This document shows positions 20,901 through 30,319 of a stretch of 56,115 bases of DNA, piece after piece; the first letter of the stretch is position 1; each line of letters starts with the position of its first letter. The notes beneath the pieces were generated by a model, which had not been told where the DNA came from, ran no database searches, and saw only the letters and a program-made list of their open reading frames with translations. Source of the DNA: Macrostomum lignano (taxonomy: Eukaryota). Made by a program: the position numbers and the translations under genes. Where the stretch lies: the NCBI GenBank assembly GCA_002269645.1, contig NIVC01004187.1:1-56115 (forward strand), given 5' to 3'.

Positions 20901-22617
20901 GCCTCCATTCGCCTGAGCTCCTCGTTAACCCGGTCTCGCAGGTGAATTGGAACGGGCCTAGCTGCGCAGTAAAACGGTTTTGCTCCATCAACAAGGCGAA
21001 TCTTGGCTTTGAAGTTTTTGAGACATCCTAGTTGGCCGACAGCGTTGATTGTAATAGCGTCCCCTTGCAGCTTGATGACGTCCATTCCCAGCAGTCCATG
21101 TGGTTTGCTGGCCTCCGTGACGATTAAGTCCAGTGTGACAAAGTTGGTGTCGGTTTCTAGGGAGGCAGTGAATTCTCCTAGACAGGAAATGCTGGATCCG
21201 TCGTACTGCCTGAGTGTTCGCCTGCACTTCCTGAGAGAAGGGCGGCCGAGCTTGACCCACAGATTTTGCGGAAGTAGACTCACCTCGGCGCCCGTGTCAA
21301 TCTGCATAGGCAGGGTCCGACCATTGATCTTCGCCTCGTGAAAGACTCCGTTGCTACGCCCGGGAGTGACCACAAAAATGTCGGCTGGCCCTTGGTCCTG
21401 ATTCTCATGATCGCCTGTCGATTCTCCTTGGGTCAAGTGCACTTCTCTGGATCTGCAGACCGCAGCAAAATGATTCTTCCGTTTACACTTGGTGCACCTG
21501 TGACCAAAAGCGGGGCAACTGCCTTTGGGGTGAGTTGTACCGCAGTAATAGCACCTGCCTTTACCAGCTGCTCCTGGAGACTTGGCTGCTGCACCAGTCG
21601 TTCTTGGTTGCCCTGCAAAAGCGATCTCCAGGGGGACGGGCGCGCCTGATGAAGCGCTGTTGGTTGTGCCTTTGTTATATTGTTGAATTTGCTCGAGCTG
21701 CTGCAGGTTTTGCAGGATATCATCAAGAAGTTTTTCTTCGCCTTGAAGCTGCTCCAAAATTCTCTTCTTGTGTTCGGGAGAGGCAAGGCCGTCGATTAGT
21801 CTCATCGCGATGAGGTCGTTTTCCTTGGACTGCTTGGCCCCAAGTTCCTCGAATTCGCAAAGCGCCGCCGCTGCTCGAAGCCGACGATAGTAAGTGCTGA
21901 TCGATTCACCTGGCTCTTGCTTCAGGCTTAGAAATCTGGTGCGCTCAGCGATGACCAGCCTTTTCTTAGGTCGGATTGTTGCTGTAACTAGTGTCTCGAT
22001 TTCGCTAAATTTGAGTGCCTCCAGCTTTTTTGGTGCAGCCATCAGAGAGAGCGTCCGGATCGCCTGTAGTCCAGCCTTGGACAGGAACAAGTCAGTCTTA
22101 TCCCGCGCTTCGTCCGTGTCCGTAAGTTTCTTAATGCGGGCTGTGGCGGAGAGCTGCTGCATCCATGCCTCAGCGAGTTCAGGATCGTTGAGGTTGAGTT
22201 CTTGACTCCGAATTTCGCCTGCTTGCGACGCCATTGACGTGACGCGAAAGTCAGGAATTGAATGTTGTTTGAACGAGTATAAATTCTTGCGATATATTTG
22301 CAGTAGTAGAATAGTCTAAGTTGCTTGACGAGACACAGATCGAGAGCAATGGTTTAAATATTGCGACTATTGAAAATATTGAAGTGGAGTATTGAACTAT
22401 ATTGATGCACTGCATGATTGAGCAAGTGGAGGGACTTAAGGGGCGTGGCAAGGCTAGAGCAATGATGTACACTGAATTGCACAGAGTACGCATTGGTTTA
22501 CAGAGCACATAGAAGTTTAGCATTGAATAAAGTTAAGTGACTGAGTTAGCAGAATAAAGTTAAGCAAAAAACCGCACACAGTTACCCATGCTAGCAAACC
22601 AACGAACCGTCACTTCA
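17982..22617 (-). mobile_element. Full-length Ty3/gypsy (Mag-like) LTR retrotransposon, 4636 bp
   Basis: Two 383-bp LTRs (17982..18364, 22235..22617) with TG...CA ends and 3 mismatches; perfect 5-bp TSD CGCAG; PBS TGGCGTCGCAAGCAGG (22233..22218); PPT GAAGGGGGGAGA (18376..18365). Confidence 0.98.
18362..22234 (-). CDS. Gag-Pol polyprotein, single uninterrupted ORF of 1290 aa
   Basis: Paired zinc knuckles CYYCGTTHPKGSC / CTKCKRKNHFAAVC; protease IDTGAEVS; RT YQDD; RNase H TDAS...EREALA; integrase HHCC and D-D-E (HMDH, SDNA, GLAER). Order PR-RT-RH-IN indicates gypsy. Confidence 0.97.
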   Translation of the reverse strand: MASQAGEIRSQELNLNDPELAEAWMQQLSATARIKKLTDTDEARDKTDLFLSKAGLQAIRTLSLMAAPKKLEALKFSEIETLVTATIRPKKRLVIAERTRFLSLKQEPGESISTYYRRLRAAAALCEFEELGAKQSKENDLIAMRLIDGLASPEHKKRILEQLQGEEKLLDDILQNLQQLEQIQQYNKGTTNSASSGAPVPLEIAFAGQPRTTGAAAKSPGAAGKGRCYYCGTTHPKGSCPAFGHRCTKCKRKNHFAAVCRSREVHLTQGESTGDHENQDQGPADIFVVTPGRSNGVFHEAKINGRTLPMQIDTGAEVSLLPQNLWVKLGRPSLRKCRRTLRQYDGSSISCLGEFTASLETDTNFVTLDLIVTEASKPHGLLGMDVIKLQGDAITINAVGQLGCLKNFKAKIRLVDGAKPFYCAARPVPIHLRDRVNEELRRMEAEQIIEPVPAGGSQWASPIVSVLKPNGKVRVCADFKAGVNHQVYNDTYPMPEMETIFAETSGMSHFSKIDLSDAYLQIELDEDSREITTIATPLGLYRYKRLVPGLKSASSIFQKAMESVLADITGKIVYQDDILLGGKSDSEIDSKVQNVIAILKKAGMSINLEKSTLKAREVSFLGYRVSERGISPDPNLVDRIRAVKTPGDKKQLESFLGLANFFGRFIRNYSQIIEPLNRLRTKNARFSWGADQTQAFERIKAILSSAPVLQPYDKTKETTLTTDASERAIATVLTQNGHPVIYLSRRLSSTESRYSNIEREALAIVWAMERAKQFLLGARFTLRTDHRPLEFLFGARRQLPKVANARLLRWAIKLMAFDFDTIYTKGEHIPHADALSRLECDGELSESEPAALEGLVHWAGSPVIPWVELQAETQRDRLLQDIAERVASSRWSGCSPAERPYKSVRHALVIDDGILCYGDRPVIPATLRQRVLDQVHNDSHQGAMATRALIRNSAWWPGYCTDVERHVRNCPTCTRIRPSGTPTVHQWPKEDEPWHRVHMDHATIPKVGLVLILVDAMSGWPEVLRVPNRDAATVKAALQSVFARNGVPHVLVSDNAAEYHDAGLLSWLERIGCRALKTPPRHPQSNGLAERMVGSIKRASAAWDQASEPYDSFLFRLLLNYRCIPHAGRAQSPAQLMGRQLRNPITMKTPIRANIWYAPGAGLEREPAEFLCQKGTNTAIIARQGGRTVLAHADQLSERIEAGADDPATSRATDEYTMQPQTSCQSDVSSSGSDTATAAAEDGEITGLQGGEATELHRPQPTAGLSPVKLPRYPVRSTRGLPPARFEGGR

Positions 22618-22622
22618 CGCAG

Positions 22623-22807
22623 GTCGGGTGGACTTTCCCGTGTCCGTGCGGGCGCACTTTTACATCCGTCTGGCCGACATCGAGGAGCGACTTTGCGCCG
22701 GCGCCACCGACCGGCTACAGCTTAGCGCCCTAATTGGCGCCGCTATGGAGGCTCGCGAGCTGCTTCTGATGGAGAAGGAGAAGCTGGATCGCGAGGCTGG
22801 ACAGTGA
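22623..22807 (+). CDS. RFC5: RFC5 terminal exon (missed by the ORF track)
   Basis: After cacgcAG (22621-22622) it reads (G)RVDFPVSVRAHFYIRLADIEERLCAGATDRLQLSALIGAAMEARELL...AGQ*, matching the RFC5 C-terminus (VDFP...MADIEYRL...IQLSSLI). Phase joins exon 1 (G|GT); total 351 aa. Confidence 0.92.
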
Positions 22808-23030
22808 ATTGATTGGTTCACTCTGTCAGTTTTGACCTAATCTAAAATTTGACTTAATTTCTGGAACAAAAACTGAATTCTCTACTCCTGTTTCATGCAA
22901 TTGCCATCTTGCTCATCACTTTCTTTGCTCTTCGCTCAGATCTCTGATGCCTCTATCTTTATTCTCAGATCCCTTTATCCCGAATTCCGATATCTGGGAT
23001 ATCCCAGATCTGTTTATTCTGAATTCCAAT

Positions 23031-24305
23031 CCCAGATCCCTTATCCCGAATTCCGATCCCAGATCCCTTATCCCGAATTCCGATCCCAGATCCCTTATCC
23101 CGAATTCCGATCCCAGATCCCTTATCCCGAATTCCGATCCCAGATCCCTTATCCCGAATTCCGATCCCAGATCCCTTATCCCGAATTCCGATCCCAGATC
23201 CCTTATCCCGAATTCCGATCCCAGATCCCTTATCCCGAATTCCGATCCCAGATCCCTTATCCCGAATTCCGATCCCAGATCCCTTATCCCGAATTCCGAT
23301 CCCAGATCCCTTATCCCGAATTCCGATCCCAGATCCCTTATCCCGAATTCCGATCCCAGATCCCTTATCCCGAATTCCGATCCCAGATCCCTTATCCCGA
23401 ATTCCGATCCCAGATCCCTTATCCCGAATTCCGATCCCAGATCCCTTATCCCGAATTCCGATTCCAGATCCCTTATCCCGAATTCCGATCCCAGATCCCT
23501 TATCCCGAATTCCGATCCCAGATCCCTTATCCCGAATTCCGATCCCAGATCCCTTATCCCGAATTCCGATCCCAGATCCCTTATCCCGAATTCCGATCCC
23601 AGATCCCTTATCCCGAATTCCGATCCCAGATCCCTTATCCCGAATTCCGATCCCAGATCCCTTATCCCGAATTCCGATCCCAGATCCCTTATCCCGAATT
23701 CCGATCCCAGATCCCTTATCCCGAATTCCGATCCCAGATCCCTTATCCCGAATTCCGATCCCAGATCCCTTATCCCGAATTCCGATCCCAGATCCCTTAT
23801 CCCGAATTCCGATCCCAGATCCCTTATCCCGAATTCCGATCCCAGATCCCTTATCCCGAATTCCGATCCCAGATCCCTTATCCCGAATTCCGATCCCAGA
23901 TCCCTTATCCCGAATTCCGATCCCAGATCCCTTATCCCGAATTCCGATCCCTTATCCCGAATTCCGATCCCAGATCCCTTATCCCGAATTCCGATCCCAG
24001 ATCCCTTATCCCGAATTCCGATCCCAGATCCCTTATCCCGAATTCCGATCCCAGATCCCTTATCCCGAATTCCGATCCCAGATCCCTTATCCCGAATTCC
24101 GATCCCAGATCCCTTATCCCGAATTCCGATCCCAGATCCCTTATCCCGAATTCCGATCCCAGATCCCTTATCCCGAATTCCGATCCCAGATCCCTTATCC
24201 CGAATTCCGATCCCAGATCCCTTATCCCGAATTCCGATCCCAGATCCCTTATCCCGAATTCCGATCCCAGATCCCTTATCCCGAATTCCTATCCCAGATC
24301 CCTTA
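23031..24305. repeat. 27-bp near-perfect minisatellite, ~47 copies
   Basis: Unit CCCAGATCCCTTATCCCGAATTCCGAT; one unit lacks 7 bp near 23948. Confidence 0.98.
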
Positions 24306-24814
24306 GCCAGATCCAATCCATGGTTCCTATGCCCAAAAGTTGTTTCTTTCTAAATTCGAGTGACTCTCAAGTTCTCACTGTTGCTACTTTACTCTGCATT
24401 TTCACAAATAAGTAACGCTTTTTATAACCTTGAAGTTCAAGTTTTCAAACAGCCAATATTTTCGTAATTTTTTTCTCTGCATTGTTTGTGTACTTTTATT
24501 TCATAGTATAGGAAAATATCAACACGTTGCATTTCTAAAGGGCACTACCACTACAGTGCACTAAATTGCATGAGCGAAATGTGTAGGCATTGAAAACAAA
24601 AGTACATTTCCGAGGTTTTCGTTGATATTGACACTGTATTGACTAACGGGCGTTATTTGACCCTCATGTTAGACTTCCAAGCTTAATTAAATGTAGAGAA
24701 GCACCCGCACTTATTGCCTTCCTCCACCTCCCTATTAAGATTAGTGTGGTTTATCAGGCATGTGTAATTAGTCAGACATACCATGGTTATTTAAGTCGGG
24801 TTCGTTACTCCCAG

Positions 24815-25250
24815 TGTACATTATAAACCAGGCTAGACACCCACCTCTCTCCCAATGTACATTATAAATTATGCTAGACACCCACCTCACTCCCAGTTTA
24901 CATTATAAACCAGGCTAGACACCCACCTCACTCCCAGTGTACATTATAAATCAGGCGACATCCACTTCACTCTCCCAGAGTACATTATAAATCAGGTGAC
25001 ATCCACTTCACTCTCCCAGTGTACATTATAAATCAGGCGACATCCACTTCACTCTCCCAGAGTACATTATAAATCAGGCGACATCCACTTCACTCTCCCA
25101 GTGTACATTATAAATCAGGCTAGACACCCACCTCACTTCCAGTGTACATTATAAATCCGGCTAGACACCCATCTCACTCCCAGTGTACATTATAAATCAG
25201 GCTAGACACCCACCTCACTCCCAGTGTACATTATAAATCAGGATAGACAC
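24815..25250. repeat. ~41-bp tandem repeat (~11 copies) carrying TATAAA, upstream of MFSD1-like
   Basis: CCCAGTGTACATTATAAATCAGGCTAGACACCCACCTCACT and variants. Confidence 0.92.
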
Positions 25251-25307
25251 CTATTGGTTGTCTCTGATGCTGTGATTGAGGTGAAGTTGAATTATTTAAT
25301 TGATGCC

Positions 25308-25430
25308 ATGGCTTGGGACCCAGAGAAGCCACAATTTCGCTTTACGGTGCTCGTGTTCACCTGCTTGCTGACTTTCGGCTCATATTTCTGCTTCGACATG
25401 CCCAGCGTATTGCAGTCCGCATTCACTGGG
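25308..25430 (+). CDS. MFSD1: MFSD1-like major facilitator transporter, exon 1
   Basis: MAWDPEKPQFRFTVLVFTCLLTFGSYFCFDMPSVLQ resembles MFSD1 TM1 (GFGSYFCYDNP); donor GTGAGC at 25431, phase 0. Confidence 0.85.
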
Positions 25431-25520
25431 GTGAGCCTCGGAGTTCGTATCCATAGCATCTGCATGTCTGTAGTAGAATGCTAAATTTTATGGCCATGAT
25501 CCTACAGTCAATGCCTATAG

Positions 25521-26215
25521 CCAGGATCCTAGATCCCATAACCAGAATCCCAGATTCCATAACCACGATCCTAGATCCCATAACCAGGATCCTAGATCCC
25601 ATATCCAGGATCCTAGATCCCATAACCAGGATCCTAGATCCCATAACCAGGATCCTAGATCCCATAACCAGGATCCTAGATCCCATAACCAGGATCCTAG
25701 ATCCCATAACCACGATCCTAGATCCCATAACCAGAATCCTACATCCCATAACCAGAATCCTACATCCCATAACCAGAATCCTAGATCCCATAACCAGGAT
25801 CCTAGATCCCATAACCAGGATCCTAGATCCCATAACCAGGATCCTAGATCCCATAACCAGAATCCTACATCCCATAACCAGGATCCTAGATCCCATAACC
25901 AGGATCCTAGATCCCATAACCAGAATCCTACATCCCATAACCAGAATCCTACATCCCATAACCAGAATCCTAGATCCCATAACCAGGATCCTAGATCCCA
26001 TAACCAGGATCCTAGATCCCATAACCAGGATCCTAGATTCCATAACCAGGATCCTAGATTCCATAACCAGGATCCTAGATCCCATAACCAGGATCCTAGA
26101 TCCCATAACCAGGATCCTAGATCCCATAACCAGGATCCTAGATCCCATAACCAGAATCCTACATCCCATAACCAGGATCCTAGATTCCATAACCAGGTTC
26201 TTAGATCCCATAACC
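25521..26215. repeat. 21-bp minisatellite filling MFSD1-like intron 1 (~33 copies)
   Basis: GATCCTAGATCCCATAACCAG. Confidence 0.97.
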
Positions 26216-26319
26216 TATAACATTCCAGCACCCGGATCGTTATACTATAATCCTAGCCGAACTCATCTTTGCAATTCCCCAGTCCTTGCCACCATTCGCC
26301 TGTTCCCATTTCCCATCAG

Positions 26320-27144
26320 TCCAACAATTGCACCGACGAGCAGCAGCCGTCTCCGTCCCCGCCAGGCGTGGCGGAGCACATCAAATCCACCTGCTGCCCG
26401 GACTGCCTCGACATGTCCGAGCAGAACTACAACCTGCTGTACGCGGTGTACGCCTGGACTAACGCAGTGGTAGTCTTCTTCTCCGGCTTCCTAGTGGACA
26501 AGCTGGGAAACCGAGCCGGGGTCATTGCATTCTCGCTGCTCTGCCTGGTCGGCTCGTCCACGTTCGCGGCCGGAGCTCACCTGCGCGGCACCGACTACCT
26601 GCTGCCGGTGATGCTGCTGGGCCGCCTGCTGTTCGGCGCCGGCAATGGCTCCCTGACGGTGGTGCAGAACCGCCTGGTGGCATTCTGGTTCAACAAGAAG
26701 GAGCTGGCTCTGGCCTTCGGCTGCGTGCTGGCGTTCTCACGCTGCGGCTCCGTGTTGAACTTCTTCCTGACGGAGAACATCCGGGACGCCATCGGGCTGG
26801 AGTGGACGCTTTGGTTCGGCGTCGGCCTCTGCCTGCTTGGCTTCGTTGCCGCCGGCGTCGTCAGCGGTCTCGACGTCTACGGAGTTCGAGCCATGGGCCT
26901 GACTGAGGAGCTGCAGCAGGAGAGCCGGCGGGTGAAGCTGCAGGACTTGGGCCAGTTCAGCCTGCAGTTCTGGCTGCTGGTGCTGTCAATCATGTTCTAC
27001 TATAACGGAGTGTTCCCCTTTGTGGCCGACGCCAGCCAGTTCATCAACCAGAAGTACAGCCTGGATGACAAAGTGTCCGCCTACATCACTGGCGCCGTGT
27101 ACGATGTGTCCATGCTGCTGAGTCCCTTCCTGGGCGGCCTTATT
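26320..27144 (+). CDS. MFSD1: MFSD1-like exon 2
   Basis: Acceptor tttcccatcAG; YNLLYAVYAWTNAVVVFFSGFLVDKLG, GRLLFGAG, WFNKKELALAFG; donor GTGAGC at 27145; 825 nt, phase 0/0. Confidence 0.92.
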
Positions 27145-27195
27145 GTGAGCTGGGCTAGGAAATGGAGCTCTGCTTTGCTGCTGCTGTCCAGCGTA

Positions 27196-28238
27196 TTGCA
27201 ACTCATGTTGCAACTCCTCTCATGTCGCAACTCATCTTATAGAGAAACTCATCTCATATTGCAACTCATCTCGTATTCCAACTCATCTCATATTGCAACT
27301 CATCTTATAGAGAAACTCATTTCACATTGCAACTCATCTCATATTGCAACTCATCTTACAGAGAAACTCATTTCACATTGCAACTCATCTCATATTGCAA
27401 CTCTTCTCATATTGCAACTCATCTCTTATTATTGCAACTCATCTCGTATTGCAACTCATCTCATATTGCAACTCATCTTATAGAGAAACTCATTTCACAT
27501 TGCAACTCATCTCATATTGCAACTCTTCTCATATTGCAACTCATCTCTTATTATTGCAACTCATCTCGTATTGCAACTCATCTCGTATTGCAACTCATCT
27601 CACATTGCAACTCATCTCGTATTGCAACTCATCTCATATTGTAACTCATCTCATATTGTAACTCATTCCACATTGCAACTCATCTCATACTGCAACTCAT
27701 CTCATATTGCAACTCATCTCATACTGCAACTCATGTCATATTGCAACTCATGTCATATTGCAACTCATCTCATTTTGCAACTCATCTCATACTGCAACTC
27801 ATTTCATATTGCAACTCATGTCATATTGAAACTCATCTCATTTTGCAACTCATCTCATTTTGCAACTCATCTCATTTTGCAACTCATCTCATTTTGCAAC
27901 TCATCTCATACTGCAACTCTCATATTGCAATTCATCTCATACTGCAGCTCATCTCATATTGCAATTCATCTCATACTGCAACTCATCTCATTTTGCAACT
28001 CATCTCATACTGCAACTCTCATATTGCAATTCATCTCATACTGCAGCTCATCTCATACTGCAACTCATGTCATATTGCAACTCATCTCATACTGCAACTC
28101 ATGTCATATTGCAACTCATCTCATACTGCAACTCATCTCATACTGCAACTCATCTCATACTGCAGCTCATCTCATATTGCAATTCATCTCATACTGCAAC
28201 TCATCTCATACTGTAGCTCATCTCATTTTGCAACTCAT
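27196..28238. repeat. 17-bp degenerate minisatellite filling intron 2
   Basis: ATTGCAACTCATCTCAT and variants. Confidence 0.95.
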
Positions 28239-28258
28239 CGCATTGAAACAATCGGCAG

Positions 28259-28396
28259 GACATAATCGGCAAGCGAGGCTACCTGGCTCTGCTGTGCGCC
28301 CTGCTAACAATTCCCGTATTCGGGCTGCTGGCATTCACCACCGTGTATCCGCTGGTCTCCACGCTCTGGCTGGGTGTTACCTATTCGTTTGCCGCG
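28259..28396 (+). CDS. MFSD1: MFSD1-like exon 3
   Basis: DIIGKRGYLALLCALLTIPVFGLLAFTTVYPLVSTLWLGVTYSFAA; AG acceptor and GTGAGC donor; phase 0/0. Confidence 0.88.
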
Positions 28397-28485
28397 GTGA
28401 GCAGAGCGTTTGTCTTCTAAAATATTTTGTGTCTTTACTCTTATATCGAATAGGATTGGACTTGAGTAAGTGCTCACAATTGCAG

Positions 28486-28625
28486 GCCAGCATGTGGCCA
28501 TCGCTGCCGCTTGTGGTGCCACGAGCCACTCTTGGCACCGCTCTGGGCTTCACCACCAGCGTGCAGATGATTGGCATCGGCGTCTCCAATGTTGTTGTTG
28601 GCCGGATTCTGGGCCAGACTGACAG
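28486..28625 (+). CDS. MFSD1: MFSD1-like exon 4
   Basis: ASMWPSLPLVVPRATLGTALGFTTSVQMIG; ttgcAG acceptor, GTACAG donor, phase 0/2. Confidence 0.88.
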
Positions 28626-28660
28626 GTACAGTGAATTATTCATTAATCTGCATTGTTAAA

Positions 28661-28850
28661 CTTCAGGTGTTCAGTCTCTAGGTAGCGTGACCTTCAGGTG
28701 TTCAGTTTTTAGGTAGCGTGACCTTCAGGTGTTCAGTTTGTAGGTAGTGTGACCTTCAGGTGTTCAGTTTGTAGGTAGCGTGACCTTCAGGTGGTCAGTT
28801 TTTAGGTAGCGTGACCTTCGGGTGTTCAGTTTGTAGGCAGTGACCTTTAC
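28661..28850. repeat. 31-bp tandem repeat (~6 copies) in intron 4
   Basis: GTGACCTTCAGGTGTTCAGTTTGTAGGTAGC. Confidence 0.9.
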
Positions 28851-29095
28851 GAGAAAGTGCCCAGTTTTTAGGTAAGCGTGAGGTGACCTTCAATCGTTCC
28901 GTCTCTAGCTAGGGTTGACCTTTAATGTTAAGTTGGGTGAAATTCAGGCGACCTCCAGGCTAAATGGTGCGTGTTCCGGCAAATTTCTAATAGTAAATGT
29001 TGAGACCCGAAATTCTAGGAAAACCTAGTTCATGGGGTGGGGGAGGCTGCTCTCGTCCTCACAGCTGCCTTGTGCCTCGCTTTAATTTTAAACAG

Positions 29096-29207
29096 TACCC
29101 GCTCTGTGATGCTGGACCGCTGGAAGCTGGTGATGCTGTACCTCCTGGGCAACGTGATCGCCGCCGTTGTGGTCACCCTGCTGCTCAACGCTGTCGATCT
29201 CAAACGG
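29096..29207 (+). CDS. MFSD1: MFSD1-like exon 5 (last TM helix)
   Basis: aaacAG acceptor; RWKLVMLYLLGNVIAAVVVTLLLNAVDLKR; GTAAGC donor; phase 2/0. Confidence 0.85.
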
Positions 29208-29381
29208 GTAAGCAAATAGAATTGCTAAAAATCCACATGGCTGAGTGCTGACCGCAGGTACTAGAATAGCAAGGCATGTCACTCGCAAAAAGCGCGCTCA
29301 TCTACTCTCTTTAGTATCAAGATTAGCGTTTTTTGTCTTTATTCATATAATAGTACATTTTTTGTTACAATTTTTAATAAG

Positions 29382-29765
29382 GGGAGTGAGTTAGGTGGGG
29401 AGTGAGTTGGGTGGGGAGTGAGTTGGGTGGGGAGTGAGTTGGGTGGGGAGTGAGTTGGGTGGGGAGTGAGTTGGGTGGGGAGTGAGTTGGTTGGGGAGTG
29501 AGTTGGTTGGGGAGTGAGTTGGGTGGGGAGTGAGTTGGGTGGGGAGTGAGTTGGTTGGGGAGTGAGTTGGGTGGGGAGTGAGTTGGGTGGGGAGTGAGTT
29601 GGGTGGGGAGTGAGTTGGTTGGGGAGTGAGTTGGGTGGGGAGTGAGTTGGGTGGGGAGTGAGTTGGTTGGGGAGTGAGTTGGTTGGGGAGTGAGTTGGTT
29701 GGGGAGTGAGTTGGGTGGGGAGTGAGTTGGGTGGGGAGTGAGTTGGGTGGGGAGTGAGTTGGGTG
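29382..29765. repeat. 16-bp G-rich minisatellite in intron 5 (~24 copies)
   Basis: GGGGAGTGAGTTGG(G/T)T. Confidence 0.97.
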
Positions 29766-29868
29766 AGGAAATGAGGTGGGTAAGTGAGTTTAGTGAAGGA
29801 GGGAGTGAGGAAAATGCACCCGTGCTCGGCTTAATTAATTAATTAATACGCCCCAATCGCCCCGGCAG

Positions 29869-30111
29869 GGCCGCAAGCTGAATCAGAGCCGCAAAGAGAA
29901 GCTCAGCCTGGAGCGCATGGATCAACTTGTCGAAGACGGCATCGCGCACGCCTCTATCGAGTCTGGCAGTGCTGATGCCAACTCAGCTGCTGGCTATGGC
30001 GTAGATTTTGCTCCTAGAAGCGAGGCCGATGAGCGATCCCCCCTGCTGTCAAGCGGGGGCAGCAGCAGCGGCGGCGGCATCACAAGCGGTAGGAAGCACG
30101 CCATCAACTAA
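29869..30111 (+). CDS. MFSD1: MFSD1-like exon 6 (cytosolic tail, stop)
   Basis: cggcAG acceptor, in frame with ORF 29917..30111; contains ERSPLL; ATTAAA at 30168. Total CDS 1581 nt = 526 aa. Confidence 0.8.
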   Translation, partial: GRKLNQSRKEKLSLERMDQLVEDGIAHASIESGSADANSAAGYGVDFAPRSEADERSPLLSSGGSSSGGGITSGRKHAIN

Positions 30112-30319
30112 AACTCAATGCAATCTCTGGCACCGGCGACATCTGTTTAGCATCGGTCAAAAAGATTATTAAAATCTACGGGGATTCAGACAAACCGTGC
30201 CAATTTGTCAGCGCTATGCTACATTATCAACAGTATTACTGTTTATCCTTGCGATCTGTATATTAATTAATTATTCCTTTGAAATTGATTGCCGCATTCG
30301 CAGCTAATGTTATTCACTC

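Noticed and set aside
23031-24305. Regular arrays superficially like CRISPR (27-bp, 32-bp, 17-bp, 22-bp)
   Set aside because: Head-to-tail monomers with no unique spacers and no cas genes; eukaryotic context.
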